This document shows positions 26,720 to 32,000 of a stretch of DNA of 32,000 nt, one piece after another. The stretch is from Halogeometricum borinquense DSM 11551 (GTDB lineage Archaea; Halobacteriota; Halobacteria; Halobacteriales; Haloferacaceae), in assembly GCF_000172995.2 (NCBI RefSeq), contig NC_014731.1:30001-62000 (forward strand), read 5' to 3'. A program made the position numbers and the translations under genes. The notes beneath the pieces were generated by a model. That model saw nothing but the letters and a program-made list of their open reading frames with translations. It did no database searches and was not told the DNA's origin. The first letter of the stretch is position 1; each line of letters begins with the position of its first letter.

Positions 26720-27478
26720 ATGTCAGACTCAGTTTCGACACCCACCGCAGACGTTGATAACGGTGCGACTGATCGAACTGGAACTGTCCGCACTGCGACT
26801 GTGCTCGCTGGGATCATTGTCGCTGCGCTAGTGGCAACCGTCGCAGCGACGCTGGCAACAGCCGTTATCGGAAGTAGGTTAGGGGAGACAGCTACCTTCG
26901 TTGTAGGAATCGTCGGAATCGAACTCAGTTTCATCGTCGTCGGAATAACGTATCTCCGATTTCGGTCGTCGTTTCGCCTACCCGTTCGGCCGCCAACTCG
27001 ACAAGAACTCCCATACCTAATCGGTGGCCTGCTGGCAAGTCTCGTCACAGCCTTCCTCTCGCTTGCGATCACTGATGCCATTATCCCAGCTTTCGAGCTC
27101 TCACCCGGCTACACTGAGTATAGTCGGCTCGGCGATCTGACCGGAATAGGGTTCGCGTTCGGTGCGATTCTGTCGTTTACACTAATTGGTCCCACCGAAG
27201 AGTTCTTCTTCCGCGGCGTAATGCAAGGCCGACTCCGCGAAGCGTTCAGCCCCGTGAGCGCCGTCGGAATCGCTGGGGCGGCGTTCGCTCTCTTTCACGT
27301 CTACCCGGTCCTATTGCTCTCTCCACCTCTTGCCACAATCGCCCACATGGCGGCGTACTACACGCTCATGGGGATGATATTCGGTTGGGTGTACTATCGA
27401 ACAGACAATCTCGTCGTTCCTGCCCTCGTTCATGGGATATTCAACGCTGTGCTGTTCACATCTGCACTGTGGATCTGA
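26720..27478 (+). CDS. CPBP family intramembrane glutamic endopeptidase (CAAX protease / Abi-like)
   Basis: 252 aa. It has the motifs EEFFFRG (EExxxR), FALFH and HGIFN on hydrophobic helices. Confidence 0.85.
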   Translation: MSDSVSTPTADVDNGATDRTGTVRTATVLAGIIVAALVATVAATLATAVIGSRLGETATFVVGIVGIELSFIVVGITYLRFRSSFRLPVRPPTRQELPYLIGGLLASLVTAFLSLAITDAIIPAFELSPGYTEYSRLGDLTGIGFAFGAILSFTLIGPTEEFFFRGVMQGRLREAFSPVSAVGIAGAAFALFHVYPVLLLSPPLATIAHMAAYYTLMGMIFGWVYYRTDNLVVPALVHGIFNAVLFTSALWI

Positions 27479-28059
27479 GTCGCTGAGACAGCGGTGGCCG
27501 CTTTCCCGCAGATTCGTACCGACGATATCAAAATAGCAACGGCGTAATTCGCAGTGTAGACCGCCGAAGTTGCTTTTAATTAATACTGGAGCTTCGTTGA
27601 GTAGAGTATATTCGCCAGGATCACAGATAGAATTGTCATTTTAAGAACTAATATTTTGCTTATATACACGTAATCAGCCATATAGAATTAGTGGGAATAC
27701 CGATATACAGTATTTAAAACAAATATCCATATTCTGTCTTCAGATTTGACTAGATTCATTCTAGTATCCATAGAAGAACAGATTCCAGATTCAAAATGAA
27801 CGATATATCAGCCAGTAAGACTAATCTAACAATGGACGAAAGTAGAGCTATCATCTCGCACCCAGACACAGTCTCGTTCCGTTCCTCCGTCTAACCATCC
27901 CGTTGATCCACCTTAGATTGAGCGAGACGGCCGGTAGCGATGAAACGCTCGACAATAAATCACGGATCAGCTCAAGAGAATCTGATAGATCAAGACGGCT
28001 CAGGGATGTCTGTGAGCGAATATCGCCGAGAGAGGAAGGTGTCGCAGTGCGAGTCGCAC

Positions 28060-28287
28060 TCAGTGCGGCCACGGGCGCATCGGCCAGTAGTAGGCGAGAA
28101 GCGCCATACCGAGGAGGAGGAAGCCAGCCACCTTCATAAGCGGGCCAGTCTCCATCTCATCACGGACGAACGAGAGGTAGAGTACGCCGACAGCGGCGAC
28201 GAAGAAGGTGAGTGCGCCGCCGACGACAGGCTCGTTCTGTCCGGCGTAGCCGATCTTCAGCACCACAGTGGTGAGTTCGAGAGACAT
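28060..28287 (-). CDS. Small two-helix membrane protein (75 aa), last cistron of the sugar ABC operon
   Basis: Its ATG directly abuts the TAG of the upstream permease (TAGATG). It has two hydrophobic helices. Confidence 0.55.
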   Translation of the reverse strand: MSLELTTVVLKIGYAGQNEPVVGGALTFFVAAVGVLYLSFVRDEMETGPLMKVAGFLLLGMALLAYYWPMRPWPH

Positions 28288-29184
28288 CTATCCTTTCCCT
28301 CCCGAGAGAGCGATACCTTTCATGAAGGTGCGCTGTGCGAGGAGGTAGGCCACCATGACCGGAAGCGCGGCGATGATGACCGCCGCGAGGAGTTGTCCCC
28401 ATTGGGAACTGTATCGTCCGGTGAGGAGGCCGATACCCACCTGTAGGGGGAACATCGCCGCATCGTTGAGGATGATGAGCGGCCAGAGGAACGAACCCCA
28501 CACGAAGATAAACGTGAACACGCCAAGCGACGAGAGTGCCGGTTTAGCGAGTGGCAGCATTATCCTCGTGTATATCTGGAAGGTGCTACAGCCGTCCATT
28601 CTGGCCGCCTCGATGAGCGAATCAGGTACTCCGAGGAAGAACTGTCGCATCATGAACGTCCCGAACGGGTTAGCGATGTACAGCACCATGATAGCCCAGT
28701 AGGTGTTCGACCAGTTGAGCATCGTCATCTCCAAGTAGAGCGGAACGAGCACCACCTGCGGCGGGATGACGAGCGTCCCGATGACGAGCGTGTAGATAAT
28801 CGACTTCCCTTTGAAGTCGCCCTTCGCCAGCGCGTATCCCGCAAGTGTGTCCAAGAGGAGCGTGAAGAACACGACGCCGACAGCGAGCACGAGGCTGTTG
28901 AGAACCCAGCGGTCGAGGGGGTTCTGTAGCCACATGTTCACGTAGTTGATGAGCGTCGGGTCCGTCGGGATGATCTGCGTAATCGTCGTGAAGATTTTAT
29001 CCTCGGGCTTCAGCGACGTGAGGAACGCCCACACGAACGGGAACACGGCGACTGCGCTCATGAACAGAAGGATCGCGTGTGCGACGACCTTCGCGGCCGT
29101 GTCGTACCACGACCCTTCCCGGTCGATAGACGGTCCGTCGTCGTCGAAATCCAAGTTATCGACGTCAGTACTCAACGTCACCAC
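28288..29184 (-). CDS. Carbohydrate ABC transporter permease (MalG-like)
   Basis: 298 aa, 6 TM helices, with an EAA-type loop (LIEAARMDGCSTFQIYTRIMLPLAKPAL). GTG start, overlapping the upstream permease by 20 nt. Confidence 0.9.
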   Translation of the reverse strand: MVTLSTDVDNLDFDDDGPSIDREGSWYDTAAKVVAHAILLFMSAVAVFPFVWAFLTSLKPEDKIFTTITQIIPTDPTLINYVNMWLQNPLDRWVLNSLVLAVGVVFFTLLLDTLAGYALAKGDFKGKSIIYTLVIGTLVIPPQVVLVPLYLEMTMLNWSNTYWAIMVLYIANPFGTFMMRQFFLGVPDSLIEAARMDGCSTFQIYTRIMLPLAKPALSSLGVFTFIFVWGSFLWPLIILNDAAMFPLQVGIGLLTGRYSSQWGQLLAAVIIAALPVMVAYLLAQRTFMKGIALSGGKG

Positions 29185-30103
29185 CCCACGTACGCTGCTG
29201 CAGGATGCTCAACCCGAACACGATGATGAACAAGACCACTGCGATAGCGCTTGCATACCCCATCTGGAACTCCTGGAAGCCAGTCTGCCAGAAGTAGTAG
29301 ACGATGGAGTACGTCGAACGCGCCGGACCGCCGCGCGTCATCACGAACACCTGCACGTACAGGCGGAACGACATGATGAGCGTCACGGTGACGACGAAGA
29401 ACGTCGTCGGCTTCAGCAGCGGTAACGTGATGTGCCGAAGTCGCTGCCAGCGGTTTGCACCATCGACGATGGCCGCCTCGTAGAAGTCGTCCGGAATGCC
29501 CTTCAGACCGGCGAGGAAGATGACCATGTTGAATCCGATGTGCTTCCAGATGCTCATGATGGCGATGGACGCCAACGCCGTCTTCGAGCTTTGGAGCCAG
29601 TCCAACTGCGGAAGGCCGATCATCCCCAATGCGGCGTTGATGAAGCCGTACTGAGGATTGTAGAGCCACGTCCAGATGAGCGAGACGACGACCCACGAGG
29701 TGACCACCGGAAGGAAGATGGCCGCCGAGTAGAACTTCGTCCCGCGAAGATTCATGTTCAACAGTAAAGCAAGCCCCAACGCGATAGGAACGTCGAACAC
29801 GAGCAAGGCAGCGCTGTATGCCGCCGTGTTGACGACCGCATCCCAGAATACGGGGTCTTGCAACAGTTGGACGTAGTTTTCCAATCCGATGAACGGGTGT
29901 GACGCCGCCAGCGGCTCCCACTGATGGAGGCTGATGTAGAACGCCCCGACAAACGGGATGAGCAGTACCGCGGCGAACAGAAACACCTTGGGGAAGACGA
30001 TGAGATACCACGAAAGGTCCGAATCCGGACTTTCGAGAGCAAACTCCGGAAGGTATCCATTAGCCCGCCGACGGATGCGTTGCCACGCTTGTGACTGTGC
30101 CAT
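29165..30103 (-). CDS. Carbohydrate ABC transporter permease (MalF-like)
   Basis: 312 aa with an EAA loop (FYEAAIVDGANRWQRLRHITLPLLKP). Its ATG lies 2 nt after the binding-protein stop. Confidence 0.9.
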   Translation of the reverse strand: MAQSQAWQRIRRRANGYLPEFALESPDSDLSWYLIVFPKVFLFAAVLLIPFVGAFYISLHQWEPLAASHPFIGLENYVQLLQDPVFWDAVVNTAAYSAALLVFDVPIALGLALLLNMNLRGTKFYSAAIFLPVVTSWVVVSLIWTWLYNPQYGFINAALGMIGLPQLDWLQSSKTALASIAIMSIWKHIGFNMVIFLAGLKGIPDDFYEAAIVDGANRWQRLRHITLPLLKPTTFFVVTVTLIMSFRLYVQVFVMTRGGPARSTYSIVYYFWQTGFQEFQMGYASAIAVVLFIIVFGLSILQQRTWGGDVEY

Positions 30104-30105
30104 GA

Positions 30106-31437
30106 TCAGAGGAGTGCGTTGATCTCTTGAGCCGCCTTGTCGAGTGCCTTCTCAGGGTCTTCACCCTGCCACATCGACTGCGCCTGCGTGTGGACCGTGT
30201 TCCACATCTTCGATACCTCGGGGTGACTCGGGAACGCCTTGGTGTTCTCCATCTCCTGTGCGACGGTTTTCAGTTTGGGGTTCTCCTCAAGGTATTGCTG
30301 GAACGCGTCGGTTTCGTACGCATCTTTCCGGCCGGGGAACCCACCCATCGCCTTCGTGACGTTCTTTTGGACTTCCATCGAGTCGATGTATTCCAGCCAC
30401 TTGAGACCGAGCTCCTTGCTCGCGCCGCCTCGACTCGGAACGCTGTAGAACACACCCGCACTCCACGTGTGGCTTACGTCAACGTTCGGTCCGCTCGGGT
30501 GCGGATTGTACTGCCAGTCAAGTCCGCTTTTGCGCAGGCGCGGGAAGTGCCACGACCCGGCGTAGAACATCGGCGCTTCGCCCGCGAGGAAGTCCTCGAC
30601 AGCCGACGTTCCGCCCGGGTTACGAGCGAGAATCGAATCGTCTTCGACGATTTTTGGCTGGAGGAAGTTCGCCGCTTCGAGGGCGGCGTCGCTGTTGATC
30701 CGTGCCTCCGTGCCGTCTTCGCTGAGGTACCCGCTACCGTTCGAGAGAACGAACGAGTCGAAGCCCTCGCCTGCGGGCATCGAGTAGGCCGTGCCGTGCG
30801 TCTTCGACAACTCGGTAACCCACGTCTCCCACTCGTCCCAGGACGGCCGATAGGTCGGATCGGGAACTTCGAGTCCGGCTTCTTTGAACATCGACCTGTT
30901 GATACAGAGGAGACGGCAGTCGGCGTACCACGGGACAGCCCAGAGCTTACCGTCGTAGCTGGCGTTGTTTCGTGCGGCGGGCACGTAGTCGTCCGCGTTG
31001 AACCCGTTTGCCTCGAGGTCAACTGCGGCACCTTTGGAACCGAAGCGTGAAACCCAAAGCACCGAAAGCGCGAGACTGTCGGGCGCGTTCCCCGCGGGAA
31101 TCGCCGATGTCGCCTTCGAAAGGTAATTCTCGAATGGATAGTACTGCCAATCGACACCGCCGACGTCGAAGTTATTTTTGAACTCTTTGCCTTGCTCTTT
31201 CCGAATCGGGGTCAATCCGGGATCGTTCCACGCCCAAAGCGTCGCCTTTTCCCCGCTCGATCCGCCGGAGTTTGAATCCGTTCCGGAGCTGGTTTCGTCC
31301 CCGCTACCGCCGCCACCGTTGGTGGACGTGTTCGTACTACCATCATCGCCGCCCATACAACCGGCGAGTCCTGCGACACCGGCCGATCCGGTCAGTGAAA
31401 GGATTTTCCGCCGAGAGATACTGCGTCTGTTGCTCAT
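30106..31437 (-). CDS. Sugar ABC transporter substrate-binding lipoprotein (family 1 solute-binding protein)
   Basis: 443 aa. It has a Tat motif (SRRKIL) and lipobox (LAGC), a Gly/Ser/Thr linker, and a body typical of family 1 extracellular solute-binding proteins. Confidence 0.9.
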   Translation of the reverse strand: MSNRRSISRRKILSLTGSAGVAGLAGCMGGDDGSTNTSTNGGGGSGDETSSGTDSNSGGSSGEKATLWAWNDPGLTPIRKEQGKEFKNNFDVGGVDWQYYPFENYLSKATSAIPAGNAPDSLALSVLWVSRFGSKGAAVDLEANGFNADDYVPAARNNASYDGKLWAVPWYADCRLLCINRSMFKEAGLEVPDPTYRPSWDEWETWVTELSKTHGTAYSMPAGEGFDSFVLSNGSGYLSEDGTEARINSDAALEAANFLQPKIVEDDSILARNPGGTSAVEDFLAGEAPMFYAGSWHFPRLRKSGLDWQYNPHPSGPNVDVSHTWSAGVFYSVPSRGGASKELGLKWLEYIDSMEVQKNVTKAMGGFPGRKDAYETDAFQQYLEENPKLKTVAQEMENTKAFPSHPEVSKMWNTVHTQAQSMWQGEDPEKALDKAAQEINALL

Positions 31438-31580
31438 AGTCTGACCTCGAAACCAACACGATGTTAGTTCATAATAAATGTTCGGTATTAGATATCGAAT
31501 GTCACGATAGACTCGTCAGTGGCGCTCCGAAGAGAGACCGGGTGGGAGTGCTGGGCTCGGGAGAGCAGGGGGTGCGCTCT

Positions 31581-32000
31581 CTACGCGCGGATGTCGGCGT
31601 CGGCTTCGGGAGCAGTGGCGATGGTTCTGGTTTTCAGTGATTCCCCGGTGTCGGGGTCGAACAGGTGCATCTTGTCTTCGGGGAAAACGACGTGAAGCGT
31701 AGATCCGGGCTCGACGATGCGGTCGCCACCGACCGTCACGGTGTACTGTTGGTCGCCGATGTCAACGTAGACGTACGTCGTCTCACCCATCGGTTCCGTG
31801 ACAACGACGGGTACTTCGATGGCGTTCGTGTCTCCCGCCGAGGCGAGTTCGATACTCTCCGGGCGGACACCAAGCGTCAACGGTCCCTCACGCACCGAAA
31901 GTTCCTCACTCGTTTCCCGCGAGAGGTCGTAGCGGAACGTTTCGTGGATGAGACTTCCGTCCGCATACTCAACCTCAAAGAAGTTCATCGACGGCGAGCC
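31581..32000 (-). CDS. ABC transporter ATP-binding protein (MalK/UgpC-like), C-terminal regulatory/TOBE part only; the 5' end lies beyond the window
   Basis: The open frame runs to the window edge. The sequence ...NFFEVEY...LTLGVRPESIEL...VVVTEPMGETTYVYV...HLFDPDTGESL is typical of MalK-type C-termini. Confidence 0.85.
   Translation of the reverse strand, partial: GSPSMNFFEVEYADGSLIHETFRYDLSRETSEELSVREGPLTLGVRPESIELASAGDTNAIEVPVVVTEPMGETTYVYVDIGDQQYTVTVGGDRIVEPGSTLHVVFPEDKMHLFDPDTGESLKTRTIATAPEADADIRA

Noticed and set aside
27796-27894. 32-aa ORF (MNDISASKTNLTMDESRAIISHPDTVSFRSSV) in the long AT-rich convergent spacer between the CPBP gene and the sugar operon
   Set aside because: It is too short and featureless to support. 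No promoter or terminator punctuation is evident. I noted it only because the roughly 580-bp convergent spacer is unusually long.
29178-31157. Long alternative-frame and antisense ORFs inside the sugar ABC operon (29178-30011 -, 30127-31050 +, 30474-31157 -)
   Set aside because: Their products are Arg/Pro/Gly-rich and basic. The annotated frames give canonical permease EAA loops and a solute-binding protein with a Tat lipobox.
1-32000. Search by eye for CRISPR arrays, rRNA, tRNA, and regularly spaced direct repeats
   Set aside because: No array of 25-40-bp repeats with uniform spacers was seen. No rRNA-like or foldable tRNA-like sequences were seen either. The only strong repeats are the 16-bp palindrome pair and the intragenic module duplication, both reported above.

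Overview
The window looks like a haloarchaeal (class Halobacteria-like) segment. Coding DNA is GC-rich and the predicted proteins are strongly acidic. There are six twin-arginine (Tat) signal peptides, four of them with a lipobox Cys, and one PGF-CTERM sorting signal. Promoters look leaderless (TATA about 25-30 nt before the start codon), and there are several visibly AT-rich intergenic patches. I support about 30 genes and found no rRNA, tRNA or CRISPR array.

Ordinary content:
- An orphan iron-siderophore-type ABC binding lipoprotein.
- An MFS transporter and an NADP-malic enzyme (MaeB type).
- A PQQ-like beta-propeller lipoprotein.
- A complete sugar ABC transporter operon (ATPase partial at the window edge).
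- A CPBP intramembrane protease and several winged-helix regulators.

Most unusual content:
1. A two-gene operon at 20389-24596 (- strand). The first gene encodes a roughly 1140-aa Tat-secreted protein. It has three DUF4350-like modules, a staphylococcal-nuclease (SNase) domain split by a roughly 250-aa nested insertion, a cohesin and a C-terminal dockerin. The second gene encodes a cohesin protein with a PGF-CTERM anchor. Together they read as a non-cellulosomal cohesin-dockerin system that would display a nuclease on the cell surface. The large gene carries a frameshift in a G4 run that separates the Tat signal from the body.
2. A perfect palindrome (TTTAGGCTAGCCTAAA, DtxR-box-like) sits between the TATA box and the ATG of two neighbouring promoters. 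One drives the iron-type binding protein. The other drives a small ORF plus a TrxR-like flavoprotein that lacks an NAD(P)H domain.
3. A metzincin-like protease with no signal peptide is translationally coupled to a Tat-signal protein.
4. A HAD-IIA/Nudix fusion has Gly in place of the HAD nucleophile Asp.
5. An orphan RNR-R2-like di-metal protein has Phe at the radical-Tyr position.
6. A frameshifted dehydrogenase is flanked by two transposase remnants.

All calls rest on motif and architecture recognition by eye. No BLAST or HMM search was run.
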